A DNA stretch of 63,581 nucleotides, counting the filler, from Choristocarpus tenellus KU-1152 (taxonomy: Eukaryota > Protista > Phaeophyceae), in the NCBI GenBank assembly GCA_964200185.2. It is 11 parts of 11 records of this genome, joined end to end, with 100 filler letters (N's around TTAATTAATTAA, not from the genome) between each part and the next. Parts side by side here need not be neighbours in the genome. Positions count along the whole stretch, not along the records: positions 1 to 11,071 come from CAXNAD020002524.1; positions 11,172 to 16,106 come from CAXNAD020012468.1; 9 more parts are not named here. One strand, written 5' to 3'. The notes beneath the pieces were generated by a model, which saw only the letters and a list, made by a program, of their open reading frames with translations, searched no databases and had not been told where the DNA came from. Positions within the stretch are counted from its first letter, which is position 1, and every line of letters starts with the position of its first letter. Positions 1 to 12,255 of the stretch are shown in pieces. The translations under genes were made by a program, and so were the position numbers.

Positions 1-660
1 AAACCAACAATCCACTTATTCTAGACCACAAAAGAAAACAAACAAAAAAACACAAAAAAAAAAAAAGAAGTTTTTTAGGAGAAACATATCAATGTTACAG
101 ATTACACCTTTAAGCCCCTAAAAGCATTGAACAACGACTGCGAGTACTGCTTTTGAGCTCCCTCCCTTTACAGTACTAAAGCTGCACATGCACCTGCAGG
201 GTATGTTCATTTTCTTCCTAAATTCCGTTTTTTTGGCATCCATCCAATGGTAGACCGCATTCTCTCAACTGTAAATAAGCTATGTTGTATGTATCACATA
301 TCGCACCGCAAAAATAAAAAAGGCAGTAAAAAAGTTCACAAAAAATAAAAATAAAAGAGGTAGATATTCTATGAAGTGAACGCTACGCATCACACACACG
401 CACACACACATGCTACTACTAAGCACTTCACAAGACGTACGGCGGAACAAACACATATTGCGGCACTCCTGTTACGTATACTAGACAATCGATATCAATG
501 TATCCCCTTACATCAATGCACACATGTGCCATGCACTTCGAAAACAGAACAGTTCAGTGCTTTCGACACAAATACATGTTATCTCATGAGACACACACAC
601 ACACACACACATCAATAGACAGCGATTGCAGAGTTAGGACGACAAAAAAGAAGCACACAC

Positions 661-3597
661 CTTAACGCCTTCCACCCACTGTGAAACCAGCACGTAGCGC
701 GTCACCAAGGGCATGAAAACCTCGGGTACCATTATCGCCTCGCCAAGAGTATCGCTCGATCCCATCTCTTCTCGGAACCTGAAACACACATTAAAAACAA
801 GAAACATGAACACACAAGCACACACACACACACACACACATTACAAATTCTCATATTTCTCTTGGCTTCTCACAGGAAGGCGAATTTCTTATCGTCTCTC
901 CCCCTCCCCTCCCCCCCTCAAACAACAAAAACAAACAAACAAAAAATCCTCCTTCGGCCTCAACAGCCTAAGATACAGGATAAGATCTCACCTCTGTCCG
1001 TTTCTGGCCTCCTGAAGGTAGTCCAGCTCTTCCACAAATCGCACGGCCCAGTTGTCGATAACTCCGAGGATACTCAGAGCTGATTCGCGGGTTGACTTGT
1101 TCTTAGAGACGAACAAGAGGATGAGGCGTATCACATACAGGTCCAATGTAACCGACTCCAGCACATTGGGCCGCTGTACCTTCACTGCAACCACCTGACC
1201 CGTCGACGACAAGGTGGCTTTGTAGACCTGCCAAGGAAGCCACGCAGTACGCCGCCAGCATAGTACCAGCAACAAGAATCGGAGCGAGAAAGAGCATGAA
1301 GGTTTTCATAAAATGATATAAGGGCGTTTAAGCGGTAAAAGCAGGGGGGCGATTTAGAAAAACCGGATGCTCTTTTCTTCTTCGGGGGGGGGGGGGAAGG
1401 GGTTGGGCAGGGCGGGCCATGCCTAATACACCGGCGGAGCAACACAAGTAGAACGAACTGCTGAAGAGGTAACCTAACGTTAAGATGTAAAATTCATACA
1501 TAGATTTATGTATATCCAACAGAATTATTGTGGAAGTCTAGTGACTTTGAGCAGGAATACATCTGAGGGTCAGCTGATTCCAAGCCTCGATAGATGGGGA
1601 TCACAGTTTTTTATTAATCATGATTCAAGGAAGAAAATTCTACTAGATGCCATGATTGTCACAAGAAAAGCACCCAACGACAGGATGTAGCTGTCTATTG
1701 AGCTCAGTAGAAAACACCCGTACAGTGCTGTACTGTCTGAAGCTCACAAGGTGCATATTCCAAATCAATGAAAAGACTTTTGAAAATTGAGCAACTCTTG
1801 AGAAAGATAGCAGGGGCCAATGCACAACCTAGGACTAGGATCATTGACGGTACTTGCAGGACCAGGGTACCCAATCCCTGGGTGGCGGTAGGTGTACTTT
1901 ACCTGCCCAAGGGAGGCAGCAGCCACAGGCTTCTCAAATGCTGTGTCTGCATCCAGGAATATCTCATTGAGTGGGCGACCAAGCTGTTCCTTGAGGATGT
2001 TCCTTGCCTCTTCTGAGCTGAATGGAGCAACCTTCATCAACAGAGAGGGAGTACGGAGACGTAGTGAGGGGGTGGGGTGGGAATATAACTGTGTCTGCCC
2101 TCTAAGAACAAAATCACCGAAAAACCCCATTGGTCAAGTAGCAATACGGGAAGGGCCAAGTGAGGAAAACAAAGCGATAGGAGTGCAGCCTCCATGCAAT
2201 GTCACACATCACCACGCATGGAAAGAACATGGAAAAAAGGGCAAATCATTGGACTCTGCATGCCTCAGGATGAACGATACTGACGTAGATTTCTGAGTCA
2301 ACTTGTCCGAATTTATTTTCATCTTTCCAACGAAGGCGCTTGTTCCAGCTGGAAGCCAAGCTGAAAAAAGTTTCCAACAAATTTGGCTCCTGCACTGCGC
2401 ACGCTCACATTTTCGTAAGCACCAGGTTTTTTTCTTCACCGTGAGACCTCCATTATTCTCCCCTCTCAAATGCTGCCCATGTAAGTGATCTGATTTGATC
2501 TGTAACATAATTCGTACCTGGTCCTGGAGCTTGACGAGCTCTTGCAGGTACAACTCTGGGAGAATGTCAGGACGTACAGAGATCCCCTGGCCAACCTTGA
2601 TGAATGCCGGACCGGCGCCTTGCACGAACTCGTAGAACTCACGGGCACGGGCGGGCATATTGCGCTCCCACCCAGAACCATCCCACTGCCTGTCGAACCA
2701 CAACTTGAGAGCAAGAGTTCCTAAGCGATAGGACACACTGGCCAGCCTGGAAAGCAGCGTCAACGGGCGACGGTTGTAGTAGGTGACAATGGCCTCCAGG
2801 TCGTACGTAGTTGGAAGGGGTAAGACATTATCAGCTGAGCTTCCCGCTACTGCCTTAAGAGTCAGCAATGCTGTCACACCCACTACTTTGCTTGTTGTGT
2901 AGGCAGCCACGACCACGACTAATGCCATAGACTGCTCAGGCGACAGACCGGTCAAGTCCTGTAACACATGCTGCGCCGCCAAGATCACTGGGGACAGGGC
3001 AGTCTCAATATATGTGAGGATCCCCGAAAGGACGGGATATCTCGCAGCAATCTCGGCCGCATTTGCCATAGAGGAAGCTACTGTGTCCAGGGTAGAAGTT
3101 CCCTCCAAGGAGTGGGCAAGCTCCTTCGCAAGTCCCAAGCCCTTGTTTCCCAGGTCGATTGCTGGGAGTTCAGGCAACCGTACACCATCCGGAAGGGAAA
3201 ACGATCCCTTCGAAAGGTCGAATCCAGTAGGAATGTTCAGCTTCGGTAAAGCAATGCTAGTGGGGACGTCCAGGTTTGGTAATACGCCCTCGACATTTGG
3301 TAGCGATGGGAAAGCAAATGGCAGATCAAGCTGCGGAAGCTGTGGAAAAGAAGGCATTCCCAGCTGGGTAGTCGATTTACTCCCTCCACCTGCTATAAGC
3401 TTCGAAGTCAGTGCATCGTAATCATAGCCGGAGTTCACACTCATCCTTGACACGATTGCTGTTCGACACGATGTTGGGTTGGGGACGAATCTCGAGTTGA
3501 TCGAGCCGCCACCAAGGAAAGCACTAGCTCTCGATCCCCAACCCCATCCTAAATTCGCGAATCCAAGGGACAGGACAGACATCAATGCATTTTTCAT
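661..3597 (-). CDS. ABC1/UbiB (AarF-domain) atypical kinase, plastid-targeted, 3'-incomplete
   Basis: Exons 3597-2518, 2031-1903, 1227-992 and 778-661 have GT-AG boundaries and compatible phases (0,0,2,0). Motifs: GPAFIKVGQGISVRPDILPELYLQELVKLQDQ, PVAAASLGQVYKA, VAVKVQRP, EELDYLQEARNG, VLVSQWVEGVK. The N-terminus reads MKNALMSVLSLGFANLGWGWGSRASA-FLG (signal peptide plus ASA-F). The HADPHPGN exon was not found in the window. Confidence 0.92.
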
Positions 3598-4599
3598 CGT
3601 GGGTACTCCACCAGTGCGATGGGTTTTGCAATGCTCTCCTAACCTAAATAGTGTGAGAGTTGTAGAGTCAGACAAAAAGTATAATATCGACCTGACTCGA
3701 ACTGGCGAGCGGAGCGCGAAATTTTGTACTACAAACTATTATTGTTGTTGTGTCAGAGGATGAATTATTAGACATGACGTTGGGTGACGTGTGATATTTT
3801 ATGAAGGGAAGGTGGACGAAAAACTACTAAAATCTAATCAAGATCACAACATTAAGCCACAAAAAGAACTATCATTCATTCTAAATAATACATCCAATAA
3901 TGTATTGTTACAGTGTTTTTATTGTTTGCGTCATAAATATCATAGAAGATCATTGGGAATAAGAGATACTCGATGAGGAAGAACTGTCCATAGTAGTGAA
4001 GATGATGCATATTGTTCACACGTGCCCTCCAAGAACTAGGTCAGGAAAAGCACGCACCTCTGTTCATGTTTTTTTTAAAGCTATCTATAGAAAGTATTTG
4101 ACTTAGTTGACCACGATCTCCTAAGGTGGTACCAGTAGCTTCGCCCTCTTTGGCAGTTCTGCTTTTTTCACCGGAGGGCCGCAGCAGATATACAACAATA
4201 TATATTTATCAAATGAAAGATTATGACAAGACCTTTTGAAGGTTTGTATCCAGGAATGTAGAAACTTCGGTGGACGGGAACTATTTCCCGACAAAATAAT
4301 GGAAAAAGCGTGGGGGAATATCTCCGGCGCAATTTTGAAGGTCACGACTTCAAAACTTACTAAAATTAAGTGGTTGGCTGAACTCTTTGTTGTAGAAAAC
4401 TGGTCCTGGATACGTCGCTGTCCAAGTTTGGCTGCTGCGGCCCTCACCGAAAAAGAAGCAGAACCCCCCCCCCAAGATTTTCCTCTTTTTAACGCCTTTT
4501 GCAGACTTGCTGTGAGCATACACACAAGTAACTTACACAAAAACATGAATCACGACAGTGAGACAAGGAGAGCCCCGAGGCCACTCTGCCCTCTGGATC

Positions 4600-5330
4600 T
4601 ACCCTCGGCACCTTCTCTGTCGAGAGGGGTCGGAAAAACAAGTATCGTGTGAAACTCAGTGCGGTGTTAGGTGACGAGGAAGTGTAAGTAGTGTGGCGCA
4701 GCAGCATGACTGAATCGCGAAATGGACCACGCGGTCGCGACACTGACACTGAGGGAAGATGCATTGAAAGCGTTACCATAAAAACGTGGTTGGATCTTCA
4801 ACCACGTCGGAGCACTGCTCTGCAGTCTCTGTCGCCTCGGGAAAACAGGAAGAGAACAGCGAGTCCATCACCAGGTGTGGTACAGTGACGAGGTCTGTGG
4901 GGAAGCCTGGTCACGGCAGGTGAAGGGAGAACCAGAGTGGTCGGCCGAAGGGAAGGTTGGGGAGGAGAGCAGTGTGACTACGTGCTATTGCGCTCAGGAA
5001 ATGCCTAAGTGAAAACCCGGGTGTAGAATATCTTAGTAGTTGACAGTTGCAGCAGGCCCTAGCTGTTTGAAAGCTATGTGAGCCAGAGGGGCTTAGAAAA
5101 AGAGAAAAAAAGTGTTAGGGTTAGGCTACAAAGGCTCTGAATCCCGAAAGGAGGTAACCTATTTCCAGCGCTCAACGAGGAAATGTGATAGTAAAGGCTC
5201 TAATACTGCCAATCCTGTACCTGTGTATGAACGATGGGAAAGACTGTCAAACAGTGCTCAAGATGGCAGCAGGATAGGCGATCGTCAGGTCGGAAACTGT
5301 GAGTAAATGGGAGAGAGACTTGCTACGTTA
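4600..5330 (+). mobile_element. Highly degenerate copia-like gag/protease remnant
   Basis: Frameshifted CG(K)PGH zinc-knuckle-like motif near 4895-4915, followed by LVVDS near 5030-5050, which resembles the copia protease xxDSG motif. Many stops. Confidence 0.3.
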
Positions 5331-6117
5331 TCATTGGAGCAATGGAGGGTTTTGTCTGTAAAATGAGAGTGATAGTCTGGACCATTTGTAATAAAATGAT
5401 GATTACATGAGTTTTTGGTTTGTCAAAATTCGCTTGTGAAATGCATCAAATATTGTTGTTGCACAAGAGTCAACTGCTTCTGATGTTGCTGCTTTTATCT
5501 GGTGTCATGTTTTTCGGTATGTGTTCTTACTATTAAACGACACCGATTGCGTCCATATAATAATATGCTGCTGCTGGAAAGCTTATTGTCGACTTGGAGC
5601 TAGTGCTGTTATGTTGGGTGGGATTTTTCTTCTTTTTATAATTTTTTGGGCAGTCTTGTTCGTATTCTTATGTTTTGAAAGATGTGATGACCACAAAAGA
5701 GATGAAAATTTTAAACTAAGGATCACATCAAGATGTCGGAGCAAGGGCAGAACGAGAGGTGTTTCGTTCTGGGCCTCGACGAGGACATCCTTGCCGAGGT
5801 CAAAGAGTGGGTGCGTGAACACACAGGAAGAAGGGGTAGGGAGACTTTTCCCCCGCCTAAACAACTAAGTTTTAATCAAGTAATAGAGCATCTGTTGCCA
5901 CTCTTGGTGACATACAATCCAGGGTTCGAATCTGAATATGAGCGCTCTTTCTTCAAAAAAGAAAAATGGCGAAAAAAAACAAAGCCCGTGCTCTGGAGGG
6001 CAGTGTGACGGGCATCACGAATATGCTTTTTATTTTCTTAATCCGATGTCTGTATCAAAAGTTATGGCGGAACAACCCCAGAGGGCGAAGCTACTGGTAC
6101 CCCTATATAAATGTGCT

Positions 6118-6545
6118 AAACTTGCCAAGTTTGGAATGCTGGAAAAGATTTTGACCAAACTCACTCCCCAATCTCATGATAGGCAAGCGTCCACACGGAT
6201 GCTGGGGGAGTGTACAGATTGGTTTGAGATTGGACTTCGACAGGGGTGTTTTCTTGCTTGCTCCCGTCATTCCTCTTCGGCATCTTCTTGATGCAGTACT
6301 AGACATAACAGTTGAGGAACTCACCCCTGACTTGACCATCGCCTTGGACCTTCTTGTCATCAAGCGAGCGACCGCAAATAATCAGGCAAGAGGAGGAGAA
6401 GCAACAGAGAGTGGGGAAACACTTAAGTGACTCCTATAAGATATACTCTAGGATGATGTGGGTGTTTGTTTCCTAGACCCAGGGATGTTTAGCCAGGATG
6501 GTGATTATGACGTAACCAGGTCATTCATTCTGACTGTGTCGGAGT
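6118..6545 (+). mobile_element. RTE-clade LINE reverse transcriptase remnant
   Basis: LAKFGMLEKI...SHD...GECTDWFEIGLRQGC, then frameshifted LAP..., a decayed YADD region (IL*DDVGV) and RSFILTVSE. This motif order matches RTE RT. Confidence 0.75.
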
Positions 6546-7126
6546 TAGTTGGAGAAATTGATGAGGTTAGTCGTACGGCGACCTCTTCACCGGCATGTGC
6601 TTTATCATTCTGACCACATTTATTGCTTTCTGTTTATGTCAACCCGATGATAGGATCAGCTTTTGGAAGTAAGGTCAGGCTACTCAACCTTATGTGACCA
6701 CAATTGAAGTGTTGATGGAGAGATTCACGTGGGATTCCTGATTTTGATGTTGGTGGAAAACATTTTCCGCAATTCCCATACAGGATCCTCCTGCACAACA
6801 ATATGCCTTCTGCCCCTAAGTTCCATAGATTGGATACCCTGCTGCTGCTGCGGACCACGCCTCCACCATGTCGCCTCTTATCCTCTACATTGTGGGGGGG
6901 TTATTACTCCTCCCTGTGCCGAATTTGCGGCGCAGCACGTAGATATGCCACAAGCGAAATGATGTGGGTGTGGTTGTAGTTTCCATCCTAACAAGAATTA
7001 AAGGTCCTAACACCAACCTACACCCACACCACGCGTGTTTTGCGCGCGCTATACCCAAATTGATGTTACCTCCTCCAGTCTTACTATATACTCTTGTCCA
7101 CCATTGTGTCTGTAAGGAACCTCGTG

Positions 7127-9110
7127 ATGCAGTTGAATGGGGCGGGGGTGCTCTGTGTATTGACTTCCGTCTACGGCATATCAGCAAATGGGGTAGCTTT
7201 TGTTTCTGTGCAGCCGGCGGCTGTCTGTCGGTGCTTACATGGATGTAGTCAACCTGTAAACGCCTTGACATCCGCACCGCAACTGAAGCGCTTAGAACGC
7301 CCGCACTTCAGGATGTACTCCTCTCCTGAACAGGGAGGACAAATTATTGGTGATGGGGGTGGTGAAGATGACGATGATGATGCAGGGAAATGGGTAAGAG
7401 AAGCCCTTCTAGAAGTAGGTATAAGCGAAGATGCGGTTAACGGTGGAGATTGGGAGGACGACGACGAAGAAGACGAGGAGGATGAGGTTGAAGAGGAAGG
7501 TGAGGAGGAGTATGTGCAAGACAAGGATGATGAGGAGCAATATTGGGAAGATGATTATGACGATGATGATGATATGGCTGAGATGGAGGATATAGAAGAT
7601 GTGGTGGACGAAGAGGAGGAGGAGATGGAACTCAGGCAGAGGGTCTTCATCAAGCCCAAGAAGAAGAAGCCTTATGTACCGAATCCAAACAAAGTCATCC
7701 CAGCACACCACAAGGCCTATCTGGAAGAAGCCCAGCGCAATAGAGAAGCTGCGGCCGCAAAGTAAGAACCCATTCTTCCTTCGTCCCATAGCAATGGCTA
7801 TGTACCATCGCCATTGCGAAGGCCTTTCCTTGTAGTGTTGCTGGCGTCGAGGTTCTGTTTTATTTATGACAAGCACATTTGTGTTACATGGAAAAGGTAT
7901 CGTGTTCCGTACTGTTTCTAGCGCGGCAGTGCCAACACTTTAGTGAGTACTACTGGATGGGGTATATGTGCCAAGATGTCCCTCGTGTTCTGAATGGCAC
8001 GAGCGAGAAGCACACCCTCTGATTGTCGCTTTCATTCGCCCTTCGAAATTTGTCTTATCCCATTCAGGCGCGAAAAGTACACCAAGAAGTTCTTCCGTGT
8101 CAAGCGCCTGCACGACTTCATGAAGGAGCAGCAACTAGAGGAAGAGAAGGAGAAGAGGAAAGCGACAAGGTGACTCGCCTTCTCGCACTCCCCTTCCCCA
8201 CCCCTCCTTCTCCCTTCAGTTCTTCCTTGCTCCTCATCTTGTTTCTTATTTCTTCTACTCTTTGTCTCCAGTCCAGGTCCCCCTACGGGCACCGTACATT
8301 CTGCACTGTAAAATCAATCCTTGCCCACTCATTGTATAATAATGCTTAGAGTGAAAGTATACTAGAGGGTATGAGTTTTTCCCTGTTTGTCCGTTTAGGG
8401 CTTGGCTTCCCATGGGTTTTTTTTTAATGACATTTTCCTACTCCGAAATGTTTCGGAGTAGTTAAAATGTGTATGTTATGAAAAGGTGTGTCCGGAATAA
8501 GGATATTGACGCTGCCTAACGAACACGATAGCCGAAATTACATCAAAATCGCAACATTGGATTTTGGCCATGAATCGGACACAACTCTACCATCTAAGAT
8601 ACTTTGACTCTTTCATATTGTTGCATGTGCTTGTATTAGCAGTCTGGAGGTACTCCAAAAATTTTATTTCACTTCTACATACTCCTGCATCCATGATCAC
8701 TGCTATTGGTACTACCAGGGCTTGGGCATCCTGAACCACACTCCTTAACATTTTCACTCTTACGTATCAGCTCGTTCCCCCTGTTGATGTCATTGTTTAT
8801 CTTGTCTGGGTTCAAGTATTCTCAAAGCTAGCACATCTGTCCACTCCTCTCCCACATCTTTTTTAGTTCCCTCCTGTCATCTCATAGGGCGTTTCATTAA
8901 CCCCACTTCCATTTTCTCCCCCCCTTCCCCCCATGCAAAAAATCCATTCCTATCTTCACTCCACTTTCTCTCTGTGCTTGTGGGTCTCCCTCACCTTGCT
9001 GGATTGTGTGCTTTCTCTTTTGACAAAAGCTGGCCACGGGTTGTATCTCGAACTCTGAATACCTTGGAGGTTGGGCAGTGGTTGGAGGGCAAGGTTCGGA
9101 ACCTAGAGAG
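7127..9110 (+). CDS. Putative plastid-targeted S1 RNA-binding domain protein with long acidic tract, 3'-incomplete
   Basis: Exons 7127-7761, 8068-8169 and 9030-9110 are GT-AG and all phase 2. Signal-like N-terminus ...GVA-FV, a D/E-rich tract, a basic segment, then TLEVGQWLEGKVRNLE (start of an S1 domain). The next exon (FGAFVD-type) was not found. Confidence 0.72.
8349..8610 (+). mobile_element. MITE-like family B copy (~260 bp), in S1-gene intron
   Basis: TIRs GAGTGAAAGTAT..TAGAGGGTA / TACCATCTAAGATACTTTGACTC. Homologous to copies at 30843, 34544, 35238, 48050 and 52522. Confidence 0.85.
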
Positions 9111-11071
9111 GTGAGTACTTGGTGAGACTTGTACTTCCTCTGTTTGGTATAATATATATATATATACGTACAAATATTAGTTCAGACAGCTCACAAACAG
9201 GGTATAAATGCACGAGATGGTATCAATTTTTCTTCTTTTTTTGTGGGGATTGTGCAATAACCCTAACCCTAATCCCTAAAATCTCAGCGAAGTTCGATTC
9301 AAGTTTTCCTACTCTGCTCCTCCTACCACAAAGCTGCAAGAAATACCTTCTGTAGTATAAAACCACCCAGCAGCAAACTGTTTGAATTGATGCTGAACAG
9401 AAGAAGTATTTACTTGTATAGTCTTGTTAGAAATTTCACCTGTTTTTTAACTTATCCTTACTTGAGTCTAACCCTGACCCTAGTGCTAAGGTAGTACAAA
9501 GGTAAAAGCCGGCCTGTAGCTTACTGTTAATCACATCAAGGGTGTAATAGGATGACCTTTGACTTGCAGAAGTGCCACAACACAGGATAAGTGTTTAGCC
9601 CTGTATGTGTTTTTGACATGTATGAAGATAGAAAGAGAAAGGGGATATGAACTGGTTCTAAGATAGCAACAAGCTGGGCAAAGTAAGTAGTCTGGTCTGA
9701 GACCCAGTGCACTGCAGTTGTGCGTGGAATAAGTGGTACTGCAGCAGCATTCATATGATGTTTTGTGCTTCCAAAATATGCCCACAAAGCAGCTAGAAAG
9801 TCAGGGGCCATCATTGTAAGTACATATAATTGATTGTATGTGTACAGTTGTGGGGTGCTTCAAGAGGCAGAAAGAACCCCAGGGAGATTCTACTACCCAC
9901 AGCACATCTCGTGTAACTGTCGTGTAACTGTCACAACAATCACAACAATTCGACAGTTGGGTTTGTTTTCATCAAGTTGTACTCCTTGTCTTGTACTGGT
10001 TGCATGCGTGGTGGCTGGTCCATAGCACCCCAATTAATGTACGCATGTTGCTGTGCTACATGCACAAATGTTACACATATGTAGGGTCTTGTCCAGGTTT
10101 GAGGGAGGTCTGGGAGTGTCTATTTCAACCCCGAGGACCCCTCCTGTGGTGGGAAGGTGTTGGTCGTAGGTATTGCTTTCAAAAAGTGATGAAGAAAATG
10201 TTTTTGTTGACAATTTTTTCCGGATGGGTATCATACGGATTTCGTTTGAAGAAAGAAAATATGTGTGTGTGTGTGTGTCACGATTCTGTGTGACTATTAT
10301 TTTTTTATTTTTAGTGTATTGTTGTAGTTGGGATTAGGGTTTTTGTTTGCACGGAAGGGGGGTTGTGTTTCATTTTTAAAAACAAAAAAAATATTGTTGT
10401 GTTTAAACCTTCGGTTTTGAGATGAACATCTGTTCCTCGCTCCAAGCCTTCCTATGGCACACCCTTGAACGGAAAGTTAAGTCCGAGAATGTAGTACGTC
10501 AAATGGATGTCTCGACCCTATGGTGGGGACTTCAAAGGCTATGGAGTTGTGGTGTGTTCAAAGCAGAAGGCAGAATGAGAATGCAACAACGCTGCAGTTA
10601 CAACTGTGATATTGAGAAGGGCCAGAACTTTTCATTGATGAGGTATTTGGACCCAATGCGACGTCATGAACGGGTCACGCTCTTCCCATTCACACAAACA
10701 CCCAAGTAACTTTGCTTTAGAATCCCCCCCCCCCCTCCCTTTCTACACTTTTGGGGGGGCCAGGGTGGTGCAGAAGAGCACAAACATCCACTTTCTGCAA
10801 TAGTAAGACATTTTAGAAAAAAATAATATTTATATATATATATATATATATATACAGTGCATGATCACTTTTTTCCACACATACGCAAGTACATCCTCTC
10901 AAGTGTGGTTTCATCATACATACTCCTTGTACTGTTTCTTCATGAAATGGCAGGGAGAAGGAAAAATGAAACAAAGCCAAGAGGTCAAAAATTTGAAAAA
11001 AAAAAAAAAAAAAAAAAAAAAACCAAGAAAATTTTATTAAAAAAAAAAAAAAAAAGAAAGAAGGGGGAAGG

Positions 11072-11171
11072 NNNNNNNNNNNNNNNNNNNNNNNNNNNNN
11101 NNNNNNNNNNNNNNNTTAATTAATTAANNNNNNNNNNNNNNNNNNNNNNNNNNNNNNNNNNNNNNNNNNNN
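11072..11171. other. Artificial contig linker (first of ten)
   Basis: 44 N + TTAATTAATTAA (stop codons in all six frames) + 44 N. Identical linkers at 16107-16206, 20844-20943, 29703-29802, 35138-35237, 40612-40711, 43559-43658, 47950-48049, 55053-55152 and 58856-58955. A plain 10-N gap lies at 56817-56826. Confidence 0.98.
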
Positions 11172-12182
11172 TCGATCCAAGCCCTCCGCCTCATCCACTA
11201 GTGTTGCCCATGGTGACCCTGGGGGATCATGGACAAGGATGGAACTGAGTGCTTCCAGGGTAACCAACACCCCCTTCGCATCAGCACGGTCTAGCATCTG
11301 GCAGAGGGCAGGGATGGCATCCATCTCAACCACCTGCCGGACATGTTGCTCTACAGGAAGAACACACCAACCAAGAAGGTAAAAAACATGGTGAAAAGTT
11401 GTTGAAGTTGCTTGCTGTCATGGGTGAAGCAGACATGCAGTGAGGCGACACAAATCATTCATGGCACTTTAGCTACAGATCCACATACAACAGCATCAAG
11501 CACAACTACCTTCAGACAACCATCGCCCCTGCAATGCCACAGGTCCGTGACCTATCTCAGTATCCAAAAATATGTAATACTCCTTATTAGTCTAATTTCG
11601 ATAGAGGCCTAATTGGACCACTTTTGTGTCTTCCCACGGGAGGGGCAGCATATAAATGAAATCAGAGAATGGTCCAGGAACAGAAAAAGAAAATAATGCA
11701 AAGATTTAGATGACCGCTTGGGAAGAGCAGGAAATTAGTTTGGTGGTAGCCTGCGGATTATGCAGGCTAAGTTCCTTGTCTCTGATTTTGATAAAAACGA
11801 AGATACCACTGTTCCACCATAGGGGTAGACAGTCAATGGAACCGTTTTATCTATATATTTTATGTTCTTTATATTTTATATTCTCGTTCCACTATATATT
11901 CAAATCGTCTTTATATCAAATGTGATGGGCATCTCACCCCACCAACCAGGGGTCCTAGTTTCTCACAGGTGAGGAGTATCACCCAGAAAATTTAGTCGCT
12001 TGGAAGCACCTGTAGTTAAGAGCTGAAACCAATACAGTCACCAAGTACCAAATCCTCCCAGTTCATACGTAGGGGGAAAAGCATATACCCCAAAAAGGAA
12101 CACCATTTTTTGTCATTATCTGCATGAAAAAAAAAGGGGGGTACATCTACATTCTCGTCCAATGCACCACTAGCACATTCCG

Positions 12183-12255
<73 letters not shown>

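Noticed and set aside
3598-3675. ORF-track 5' extension of the ABC1 kinase to 3675
   Set aside because: It begins at a non-ATG codon; the ATG at 3597 directly starts the signal peptide.
11116-11127. Recurrent TTAATTAATTAA motif as a biological site
   Set aside because: It is always centred in a 100-nt N block, so it is a six-frame stop linker added in silico.
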